64,000 nt of DNA. It comes from Psammoneis japonica (taxonomy: Eukaryota). Positions 10,706-21,702 of the stretch are shown here, one piece after another (the first letter of the stretch is position 1; each line of letters starts with the position of its first letter). Made by a program: the position numbers and the translations under genes. The notes beneath the pieces were generated by a model, which saw nothing but the letters and a program-made list of their open reading frames with translations, had not been told where the DNA came from and did no database searches. Where the stretch lies: positions 62,001-126,000 of the forward strand of contig QPGO01000011.1 in NCBI GenBank assembly GCA_008632985.1. Direction: 5' to 3'.

Positions 10706-13700
10706 GACAGATCGCATCTTTTCCCTCGCAGGCTTCAGCAGTGCATTTGAAGGTGCTTGCATTTGCTTTGTTTTCCTGTTGTGCAACTGGCGCAGCTTAA
10801 GCCACTGCCCCTTCCACCACCTCATTTTGGGTTGATGGCCATCACAAGTTTCAATCTCCAGGCCTTGACACAACTTTCTGGGTGGTTCCCTGGGTTTCTT
10901 CTTCAGTCAGCTGTTTGGGGCCGTTGCTTTCAGCCCTCAGCCCCATCATTCCTGCCTCAAGCAAGACTGGCTGCTGTGCTGCCAAGGTGCACAATGAGCA
11001 CCTGGACACCAAGTCTGGATGTCATGTTGCCAAAGTTGGAGCTCTTCTCTCTTCTCTTTCACTCAACACCAAGAAAGATGCCATCTGTTGTCATCAGGGA
11101 GCTTTTTCAATGCTGTCAGAATCTTTCAATCAACGAGCATGGTTGAGCCCTTGCAATGACAGCCTGGCTTGTGCTTGGACACACCAGCCTTTTTCTTTGA
11201 TGAGCTGTGTTGGTGCCACTGGCCAGCACTTCATGAGTGACTGCGTGCGCAGCTGGCCCCAATTGGCGGGGAGAGCAGCAGCCTTCTTTGCCAAAGCAGC
11301 CGAAACAAATGCACACACAACTTTCTGATGGCAGCTCTAGATTGCATTGCCAAGGCCTCACATCATCTTAAAATCCACCCAGTGGGTGGTGTGCACCTCC
11401 TTCTCAATCTGATGCTTGGCTCTTTGAGCTGCAGCCAGCAGCTGTGCTCCTCAACTGCTCTCCTTGCAAGGAGGAAGGCATTTGAAATGCACGGGCCACC
11501 ACTGTCCCAAAGGTTGGTGCTGACAGATCTTGGATCTTGAGTTGTTTTGCTGGCATGCATGTGCTTTCCTCATTCTTGAGTTGCGTGCCTGAGTGCAGGA
11601 AAGTGGGCTCATTGTCAATGGTGGTGTTTGTGGCTCGTGGCTCTGGAGACATTTCAGATTGTGTCTCTGTTGGCTGCACAATGTGCAGAGACACTTTCTT
11701 TGCAGATTTTGTTTGTGCATTACCCCAGTTGCTTGTTGCCAGTCATGTCAGGAGCTGCAGTGTAGTTGCCAAACCAGACCCCCCCCCACATGGTGCCTTT
11801 CCAAGGAGAGGTCTTGAAACTTGCAGCCAGCATGTTCAATCCAGAAGAAGAGTCTGCGAAAAAGTGCACGCCAAGACCACACTTTTTTGTGGCAATTTCC
11901 AGTTTTTCCACCCATCCAGGTTAGAGAAAGCATTTCTTTTCCATGCCAATGGCTTTGAAGAGAAGTTGGACACTGCATTGATGTCATCCCAATGTGGCAG
12001 ATTTTGTCCATGCTGTGTGCAGCACATCCAAAGGCTTGCAAAGGGTGCAAAGTGCAGCGATGAAAATGACTGCTTTGTTGCGCCGTTTTGTGCATCCAAT
12101 GATGTGCATTCTTGCAAACACTTGTTTTTGTTCTTCTGTGTTCAGCAGCTCTGCCATTTTGGGTCATGCATCCAAAAGATTCGTCACTGCTCACAACTGT
12201 CATTTCAGTGTGAGCAGCGGCCACATTGCAGTGGGTTGGGCATCAAAGATGCCGTGCTGTTTTGAGCTCCAGCTCACACCCAAATGTTGTTCCATGTTTC
12301 ACAATTTTTGCTGTGATAGCCCTTTGTGTGTCATGTGTGCATCTTAAGCTCTTGGGCCCAAATGAGTTGTTCATTGCCAAAGCTCACTTGATCAAATCAA
12401 AGGGGGCAGAGATGTGACATTTTGCCTGCCACACAAACACAGGTGCTTGGAGCAATGGTTTTTGCATGTGACGAAGGAGGTGCACTGCAGCTTGCTTGGG
12501 TTTTTGCTTTCTTTTTGCTGCTGGCATCTTGGTCATTTTTGTGAGTGTCAAATTTCTTCTGGCATTTCTCCTGAGAGCATCAAGTTGCATCTTGAATGCC
12601 TTGGACACTTGGGAAATGCATGTGGATTGTCTCCCAGAAGACACCAAGCATTTGCACTTTCTCTTTCTCCCTTTTGTCAGTGACTTGGAAGTGCTGCATG
12701 GTCTGCTTCTTGTTTTTGTGAGACATCTGAACAAATTCCAAGCAGAGCTTGGAAAGATGGTTGTGCTTTCACACTTGGCTTCATCCTCCTTTGCATGTCA
12801 ACAAATCCCCCGCCACAAGCCTTGTCTGGCAAGACAGGCAATCTGGTTTGGCAGTGTCTTTTCTTCAGATGCATTTGAAAGATTGTTTTTCTTTTCATTG
12901 CACTGCTTTTTTTTTCAACACCTCTTGTGTTCTTGCTTGACAGGGCATGGTCTGGGTGTCATTGCAGGCTTCAGAAGACAGGCTTCCAAACACAGCATTG
13001 TGCGGGGGGGGCACTCTCAGCATCTGGCAAAGCCATGCTTGGTTCATTGCCGTCAGCTTGAGAGGTGGGCACCATCACAGGGAATGTTGATGAGGCAGCG
13101 TCAGTTGCTTTTTTTGCAGTCAAAGCCAGGACATTTGAAGAAGCTGCAACTTCTGATGGAAAGGTGCTGGGTTCATTGCCTGCTTTTTGAGTGGTGTGGC
13201 CTCATGTCTCATCTGTCAAGAAAAAAAGTGTTGGTGGGACAGCGTCAAAAAATGTTTTCTTGTGAGAAGCTGTGCCAGGAGCATCTGATGGCTGGACAAA
13301 GAAGGCAGTGCCATGTGGCCAACATTTTTCATTGCAGCCACAGCAGGTGCACCCAAAGAGGACATGGTTTCTGATGGCAGCAACCAAGAGAGAGCAAAGC
13401 TTGGAGTTGTTTTCAAACAAGATGTTTTCTTTTTGACACACTGCTGTGTTTCATGAAAAGGCTTTTTGGTGTGCTGGCAGCAGATGATGGAGCCATTGAC
13501 AACTGGGAGCAACCCAGTCAGTGCACAGCTTGTGGTGCTGGTGACAATGGCGTTGTCAACATGTGCTCCTAACTTGACAAACTTCTTGAGTGAGTGTGGC
13601 TTCTTGCTCATGCAAGCTTTGGAACAAGCTTGGCAAAATGTGCTCTTTGAAGACAGATCATCATCACCAGACCTGCTCAGCTTGCTTGGTGAGATTGTGC

Positions 13701-15692
13701 CATTGATGCAAACAAGAGCATTGTCAATGCTGCGCTCTTTTTCAATGGCACATGTCTCCAGCAAGGTTGTCCCCTTGCCCCCAAGGCAGCATGATTTTTC
13801 TTGAATGGATCATGACAGGGACAAACTCTCACCCAGCTTCTTGTTGAACAGCCCACTGTGCCTTTGTGTGCACCATGTTCAGCAAGAAAAGCATTGCCTT
13901 TGGGGCCACATTGTGGCAATGCACAGCTTTTGACCTGCAAATGGCAACAAAGTGCAGCCAGGCTTGGCAGCATTGTTGCGCTTCTTTGCAACCTTGTCAC
14001 CTGCTCCATTGTTGTTTTGCACAGTCAAAGACAACAATGTCATTTTGCTTGTTTGGTGTTTTGCCTGCCTCTTTGAGCAGCTGCAGTCTGTGGCATGCAT
14101 GCTGACCTTAGCTTGGTGCTTTGACAGCTGCTTTGTTGTCTTTTTGTGTGGGGCACAATGCAAAAAAGACAGAAGCTGCTGCAGGAAAGAAGCCGCCAAA
14201 CAAAATGTTTTTGATGCAGCCTTTCCACAGCCTGCAACAAAGGATTTTTTCTTTGCAGTTGCCAAGGGTGCAGGAGGTGCTGCTTGAGCTGTGGCCACTG
14301 CCAAAGCTTTCACACGCAGCTTGCACCTGATGTGTTGAGTGCAGGGTGGTTGGCCACTTGGGTTGTCCAATGATGGCAAAATCAGTTTCCACATGGATGT
14401 CTTGCAGACTCAAAGAAGGACAGCTGCTCCAATCCATTTGAGCATGGATTTCAAATGAGTGTGATGACATGATTCCAGATTTGATCGTCGATGGTTGGGA
14501 GCTCCCGTCCATTGCACTGTTGGGTTTCATGCATTGTCCGGTGACAAAGCACAGCATGTGCCACATCTTGAAGCCAAGCTGCATTGACGCCATGGGGGAA
14601 AAAGAGCAAAGTGTCATGAAACAAACCCAGCGATTGCAGGCTCATTTGTGCAGCGATCATGAGAGATCTGCAAAAGAAGTCAGCAAACACCCTGCTTGTT
14701 GCATGCCCAAATGCATCATGACAGTCAATGGCACTGAGAAATCCAGCACAACAATTGAAGCGAGCACTGTTTCACAGTGGTGCAACTGTGCTCTCATCTT
14801 GGTCAATGTCGTGGCCATTGATCTGCAAACAAGCAAGTGTCATGGCAGAAGATGTGGTGCTTTTTGTTGTTCTCTCAGCGGTGCATGCACAGGGCACAGC
14901 AGCTTCAAAATGCCATGTTGTGCACCGCAACAACACACGACATGAAACACAAAGTGACAATGTGTGAACCTCAAGCATCCAGGAGGTGGCAGCCATTTAA
15001 CTCGCCCAAAGCAGCCCAGAGATGGGGTTTCTCAACTTGCCAAAATCAGGCGATTGCACCAAATCTGAGCAGCCACCATCATCCACCCCACAGCTTGCGC
15101 ATGGCAAACTTTTTCAAAAGCTCATCATCAGAGAGATTGTGTGGGAACATGCAGAATGTGGCACAAACAGGTCATGCAAGCAGGTGAGCAACATGCACGC
15201 TGCCACACCTTGGAAGAAAGCAGCAGTGCCCGCTCTTGCAATTTGCAACACCGCCGTGTGCCCCAAGCTGTGCAAACAAACCCAGCAGGCCTGTTCCAGC
15301 TCCAGGTGCTCTGCTTTTCATCACGCGATTTGCCGATTTTCTGCACAGTTCAGTGCAGTTAACTCCTTCAATTTTGATCGTTTCGAAAATCGAAAGGTGA
15401 GTGTGCAGCACACCCGAAAACACATGCAAAGTGCACACTCACCCCCTTCGATTTGGCAAAAAACGGGTTTGGAAAAAGTTGATTGCGCTGAATGCACAAA
15501 TTTCCAAATGATGGGAATCGAACCCGCGCTGAGCACCTGGAGCTGGAACAGGCCAGCAGGCAGCAGGCCTTCTTCTTGCAACAGCCCCCAATGCCCAACA
15601 ATGGGCCCTGCAACAGAGGAGAAGGTGAAAACTCAATGTTGTGCACAATGGAGGTCATCTGGCGTCGACTTCGAGCGAACCTTTGGTCAGTC
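10706..15692. other. TpA/CpG-depleted island 1 (right part); degraded sequence with gene-like relics
   Basis: About 12 TA in ~5 kb versus ~4 per 100 bp in neighbouring genes; many overlapping Cys/His/Gln-rich ORFs. Confidence 0.9.
15288..15554. mobile_element. 267 bp MITE-like element with 24 bp perfect TIRs and 4 bp TSD
   Basis: ggcctgttccagctccaggtgctc (15288-15311) is the reverse complement of 15531-15554; AGCA on both flanks. Confidence 0.8.
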
Positions 15693-15899
15693 GCCTCATG
15701 CTTTCAAGGTCATTGATCGCAACAGGATTGCTTTCTAACATGACTTTGCATGTTCTGCTGCCAGCATTACAGCCCAGTCACAACTCTTGCCAGTAGGTCG
15801 TAGGGACATTTATCATGAATTCAAGGTCATTGATCGCAACAGGATTGCTTTCTGAACCATTACTTAAGACACTGGCATTCGGCATTACAGCCCAGTCAC
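15693..15899 (+). repeat. Right copy of the ~70 bp direct repeat (15693-15763), a third partial copy (15820-15853) and an 18 bp duplicate (15764-15781 / 15882-15899)
   Basis: Direct comparison with 2931-3006. Confidence 0.9.
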
Positions 15900-16012
15900 G
15901 CATGGTCATCCAAAGAGTTTGTCATTTTGTGGAACAGCAACACAAAAAGTGAGCCAACCGCAAAACATTATCTTCTCCTCCGTTGTTACCGGTACACCCC
16001 AACTTTCAAACC

Positions 16013-16657
16013 ATGTGCCCTTCCGCTGTTTCATTTACAATTCTACCTTCTTCGGTGCCTGTTAGAGTTTCCAGGAAGAGTAGAAAACAAGTTAGTATAT
16101 CCGAAGCTCCTCCCAAGGTTCATTTTGTCGAGCAGCTGGAGCAAGAAGACCACTCCAAAGTATGGCACACGAACAACGACATGAAGAACATTCGCAAGGA
16201 TACTTGGTCCATCATTATGGCGTACAGAGACAACCGCTCTGTTGAAAACGACAAGCGCAGCATTCGTGGTCTAGAAACGTCCCTCTGTGCCATATTCAGC
16301 GAAAAGGTTCACCGTGAACGTCAAACCCTATACGAACTTGTGTTTGCAGAGCAAGAGCTTCAGAGACTCAAGGGCATCAAGGATCCTGAATCATTATCAG
16401 CGACATCAGCCATGTGCTCAAGTTGGGCAAGAAATCGAGCATATGCTTGTGGGGCCATTGACGCCTTTGTTGTGAGTGACAAAGCCACCAAGACGAAGCG
16501 ATCAAAGACATGTAAACGAAAGCTCTTCAACAGCATCACAAAGAATGTTGATGATTCAATAGCCGTTCCATGCCGTCAGCACAAAGCGAAGCGACAGTGT
16601 ACAAGATTCGGACAGTCCAACTATTCCCATGTCGGTCAATTAGAGCTTGCGCGTTGA
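16013..16657 (+). CDS. Hypothetical protein resembling the diatom-expanded 'W(Y/H)T...RGLE...V..EQ..Q' family
   Basis: VWHTNNDMKNIR...IRGLE...VFAEQELQR...SSWARNRAYACG motif order, recalled from diatom hypothetical proteins. Confidence 0.7.
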   Translation: MCPSAVSFTILPSSVPVRVSRKSRKQVSISEAPPKVHFVEQLEQEDHSKVWHTNNDMKNIRKDTWSIIMAYRDNRSVENDKRSIRGLETSLCAIFSEKVHRERQTLYELVFAEQELQRLKGIKDPESLSATSAMCSSWARNRAYACGAIDAFVVSDKATKTKRSKTCKRKLFNSITKNVDDSIAVPCRQHKAKRQCTRFGQSNYSHVGQLELAR

Positions 16658-16840
16658 ACAACACAATGCAGTAGCTACATACGCAATACGAACTAGAGAA
16701 CAACAATTTTGAATTTTTAAGGTATTCTGAATGAGCATACTAGTAGTCTGACGCTCGTTACTCAATTCTGGTTATCGCTTCCATGAAAAGATGAAATACA
16801 GTAGTTGAATGGTTACGAGCTCACACCGATTTAGATATGT

Positions 16841-18050
16841 CTATGACGCATTTTCAGAGTCGTCCTCTTCCTCTCGCTTTGATTCTTCTAGTTCCTGCTC
16901 TTGTAAGCTCTGAAGTAATGGCGGGTGCGATGGATGCTGAGGACGCTCCTCTCGATACAAGATATAATGCTGGATGATGAAAACGACCTGATGTATTCGC
17001 AAACGGAGAAGGGTTGTTCAATAAGGGGTAAGTTCACTTTTAAGGGTGCCCACCAAACAGATGAATGCAACTTACATCAAAGAGAATGGAAACAAAGCCT
17101 AGACCCAGCTTTGCGGGATTCCCCGACATGGCCGTCCAGTCTCCCATATCTGCGCAATCCAAAACCAACTGCAAGTCACTCAACACCCCACCGGTAAAAT
17201 CCAACAAGACGTTCCATATGCTCCATCCGACAGTCGACTTTCGACGAATATTCAACAAAACTTGTGGAATGTACTTGATGAGAGAAATCATAATTTTAAA
17301 GAAACTGAGCAGGTACAAGTATCCCAACCAATCATACCCAAGTGACGAGGATCCAAACGCAAATAGCAACAGCGCGCCGACTGCAGCCGTTGCTAGTATT
17401 CCAATCATGAGCATACCAACCGCTCTAGATGGCTTTAATTGCCGTATACCACCATAGTATGCAATTTGCAAAAGTGTCAAGGACGAAAGCATCAAGGCAT
17501 GCACGGCAAACGCCACATCGTTGGTTTGCACCGTCACGTCCGTATGGTGTTTTTGTCGGTACAAGTCTTGGATTCGTGTGCTCCACCGAAACGCTACATT
17601 ATACACAGAGTAACAGGCAAATCCAAAAACGTTCAAACCACAAAAGTCAGCCGAGAGACCCGTCGTTTGCTTGCGTCGATAATTTGTAATGACTTGAGGA
17701 TAAAACGAAACACTCCAAGCCATGAAATACGTGTACCCAATGCATGACGACAACCAGCGATACCATGGAGTTGAAAGACTTGAGTTTTTCGGCAATATGG
17801 ATCCCAAAATGAAACCCACAAGGACAAGCAATGACCATCCGACAAGGACCCGTCGAGTTTGATTTCTGGATAACTCATCTCGCGTGTGTTGTAGCCATGA
17901 ACAAAGTCCAGAGCAGCGCGGTCGACGCTCGGTTGTAGTCTCTTCTTGTGCCACAGAAGACACTTCAGAATCAACTTGTTGATGCTGATCACCAAGCAGA
18001 GGCGTGGAGGCTGCATCATGCAGTAGCGTCATGTCATATTCTTTGTCCAT
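16841..18050 (-). CDS. CTNS: Cystinosin (PQ-loop lysosomal cystine transporter); intron 16988-17075
   Basis: AWSVSFYPQ, GLSADF, KYIPQ, STVGWSIWNVLLDFTGG, NPAKLGLG; GTAAGT..CAG intron restores the QHYILYR C-terminus; N-terminal dileucine (TPLL). Confidence 0.93.
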
Positions 18051-19844
18051 GGTTAATGTTCTCTGTGTTAGTGAGTCGATATCGCGGCGATATGATTATT
18101 CTTCTCTATTCATATTGCTCCGCATCAACTCGCGCACCGCGCACCGCTTGAGAGGTCTTATGCACGAAAAAGATCACACGCGGAACTTCCCTCCGACACA
18201 CAACGGTGGCGTACAGTAAGTGCGCTGAGACAAACGACAAACGACGTGAGGAACCGAGCGTGTTTGTGGACGACGACACAACATGCGAAAGAGGAGGATG
18301 GCTGAAAAATGGCCATTTGAAAACTTTGCATCCGTTGAGCCAACACCTTCATGACACTCGCAAAACCTGATCCTAACAATCGTGAAATGAGTCGTGCTTC
18401 GGAATTCGTGTAGAATCTACGCATTCCCTGGTATGTAGCTGAGCGTGATAGCTTGAAGCTGAGCGTGGCGGCTGCGATCGGAACATCACTCACTGCTCAC
18501 AATCCATCGAAACAGAGGATTGTCAGGGTTGTTTTTGGGGTAAGAACGAAGGCCGCGGTTTGTATTGTATGCTTTCTCAACCATGGACTTTTCTATAGCC
18601 AAGCCAGACAACGCCTTCGTGATGCCTGCCACCGCCATGATCGCCGTCGACTCGGAGAAGTAGTGTTCTCAGTCTCGTGTCGTGGAGGAACTGTAATGTC
18701 GTGTTTGAACTCTGTCTGGTGTTTGTTCAGAGTCCATGTTCGACGCTCAGATTCTCCAAGACATGAGATTGAGGGTTTCGTGTCGACGGTTTGATACCCC
18801 GATTGTGGAGCGCCACATGCCGTCCGTCTGATTGACTGTTTTCATTCGTAGGTTGAGGAGGAGTGTATCAGTGTCCATGATGCTGTTCGTTCCTTCAATA
18901 CCTATGATTGGAACTTTCTTGATGATGGATAATTGTGGTGATTGGTAGGGTTACGCTGGATTCTGCTTGGGTGTAGTTGAGTTCATTGTCGTTATTGCGT
19001 ATGATATGAGCCGGGTTCTTCCTCCAGTACAAAACGATCCTTGGTGACGAGAGCGTTCTGAGACATGAAAAAAAAGGAAGCAAGCACTAGAACCGGGACT
19101 CTGTCAATGTTACTGTGGAAATGCCTTCCCGCAGGACAGGGGGTGATCGGCTAGTGACTTTGTTATCCACCAAAAGTCTATACCGTGTGGTATTATTGAG
19201 CATTAAAAAAAAATGAAAAGAGGCCAAACAAAGAATAAGGAGTGAATAGCATCTGAGGTGAGAAAGGGTATAAGACCCTGCTAAGTGGTGTAAAAGGCGA
19301 GCTTAGTAGTACGGCATCCCCCTCCTCGGGCACAGCTGCCCTGGCTCAGGCCCACAGAACGAGAAAAAAAATACTCTCCACCAAAACCCCGGGGCAAAAG
19401 ACCCCTACTCAACAATCTTCCAGTTCAAGGCTTTACATGTGTTAGCTATGGTACAGCATTTTTTCCTTTCTTGTTTTTTGGTGTAACTTGCAGACTTTTA
19501 AATTAGAAACAAGCATACTACGATGCGCTCAATACGCGATACTGTTAGTGTCATCATATCGACTGTAATGAACTGTATGGTGTATTGATAGACATATGAC
19601 ATAGCTACGGTGAACCAAGAAAGGGCTGCGTCGATCATAGGTACGGCTTCATAGTTGGTATGGCATTAGGACCGAAGCCCTGGAAGAAGCTATCATAGCA
19701 TCAGCAGCCTATCTAGTCCGCAAACCTCATCGCTAAACAGCATCTTTGTCCCTGCCATCTTCAAAATTAGTAGCGGTGATCCTCATCACCATGGCACAAA
19801 AAGAACAAACCGCAGATTCCGCCGACGTGGGCGTTGCGGACGCA

Positions 19845-20048
19845 ATATCCCACCGGTGGAATCCAGCAAGACGTTCCATATACTCAATCCGACAGTAGAC
19901 TTTCGAAGAATGTCCAACAAAACTTGCGGAATGTACTTGATGAGAGAAATCATCGTTTTGAAAAACTGAGCAATTACAAGTATCCCAACCAATCATATCC
20001 AAATGACAAGGATCCAACCGCAAATAGCAACATCGTGCCGACTGCAAC
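19845..20048 (-). pseudogene. Diverged, frameshifted fragment duplicated from the cystinosin gene
   Basis: MISLIKYIPQVLLDILRKSTVGLSIWNVLLDSTGG; aligns to ~17185-17386. Confidence 0.85.
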
Positions 20049-21306
20049 ATTCACCAGTTTTCAAACACCAGTTGTTACGAAATGCGGCGTGTTGCCGTGG
20101 ACTGAAAACATACGCAACGTGTTGAAGCTTGCATACAAATATGCATGTTCCGGATACTCATAATTCCAAACTTTCGAACGACGACAAGCAGCAAGAGAAA
20201 AAGAAACAGTGGTCAGAACGATCAAAGTCACTGTGTCTACTCTGAGCAAAAATCGGACGAAAGACACTTACAAGAGTGCTCCGCCAATCCGTATGGGGTA
20301 AAGAATGGTCGCCGGGCATATAGCAGCTAGGAGTTCCACCTGATCCAGCTGAATCTCCAGAACAATCCCGCTTGCTCACTTTCTGAATCCAGTCCTTTGT
20401 GTGTGGATGCGCACACATGTCATAGCTAGCGTTCCACAATTGGGAAAAATCTGCTCGATCGTAAACATTGTTATGACTAAATGAAAACCATCCGTATCAT
20501 ATAACCCGATTCGTGCGTCCAGACGGACGATATATTTGTCTCGCAATGCAAAGCCTCTTCGTTCCCGGGAAGCAACGCACTCTCAATGACAACAAAATTC
20601 CCGTATTGCAAACTAGCAGAAGCGATCGTATCGACCTTTTCAGGATTCTGAAAAATGTCTGGGTTCAGATAATGCTCAATGCCCTCATACTTGACTTCAA
20701 AGTAGCGGAAATCTCTATCTGGAGCACCGCCGTCGGCAGGATTAGGAACGCATTATCACCATCTCGTGTTTCTCCCGTCAGAAACAAATTTCGGCAACAA
20801 ATACGACGTGAAGATACAAAGTTGGAAACCAAACAAAATACATTCGACTCTGGAAATGTATGGTCATGATCTCCAACACGTGGTATCCTTGTGGCGGCAC
20901 TCAAGCATAAATCGATTTTAGCAGCAGGTGGGAGAAAGGAAAACCTCGGTATCAACCAACGACCATTGCTGCGTTTGCTCAGGAGGGCCAGCATAGGGAG
21001 CGCTTCGACCGGCTGTGCGCCGAAATTGATAACTTAGTCAGTGAAACAAGAGTGGCCAATTCCTTCATTCTCTTTCTTTCTGTGACTTTCAAAGTGATTT
21101 TTGATTGGAGACTGGAGAAACAAGATGATGAGCTGATGCTTGGTGATTTGATGATCGGCATCAAAGATTTCCGCGAAGCACAATGCACGAAATGCCGCAA
21201 ACCGGTGATATGTGCTACGGTTCGTCATTATTTTTGGAGCCGCCATTGTCGACTGCTGCTGACTACTAAAGTAGAGAGCTACAGTAAGCATCAGAGGTGA
21301 AAAATT

Positions 21307-21643
21307 TGTCGCGGAACATGACTCAAGCGGGACTCAAGTGATTGGGTCCCGGTCACGAGTGAAGGGTCGTGCCACCGATGACCACAGAAATCGGAGCCGA
21401 CCACGAATGCCGCAATCGATCTTGAGGAACAAGATCGATGAATCGAATGGCCGAGGAGCGGCGATTTGACAAGATCGATTTGGTAAGATTGATTTGGTAA
21501 GATTGGTTTGACAAGATTGAAGTCCAGAAGAAGTAGAAAAGCAGATCATAATTTAGCGAGAGTGAGAAATGTGAAGACTATTAATTTTAGTTTTGTGTGC
21601 TACTGACAAGGTGTTAGTAGTATCGGCATCTGGTTGTCCAACA
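21307..21643 (+). repeat. 5' LTR of copia element 2
   Basis: Identical to 26811-27147; contains ~4 copies of a 14 bp unit (gatttggtaagatt-like). Confidence 0.97.
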
Positions 21644-21702
21644 CGATATATATCGACAGTTTGTGGCAACACTACATTCGAGAGTAGTAAGTGAGAGAAG
21701 CG

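Noticed and set aside
15510..15530. Possible tRNA gene (GGTTCGATTCCC on the minus strand)
   Set aside because: No cloverleaf or A-box discernible; only a B-box-like motif inside the MITE.
10706..15692. Dozens of overlapping Cys/His/Gln-rich ORFs in the islands (also 31860-36750 and 53980-54780)
   Set aside because: By-product of losing TAA/TAG stops and Tyr codons; not real genes or metal-binding proteins.
15693..15899. CRISPR-like repeat-spacer pattern
   Set aside because: Only two local copies of unequal length, eukaryotic context, no cas genes.
18100..21300. Short ORFs and possible gene remnants between cystinosin and copia 2
   Set aside because: No recognisable domain apart from the cystinosin fragment; cannot support a call.
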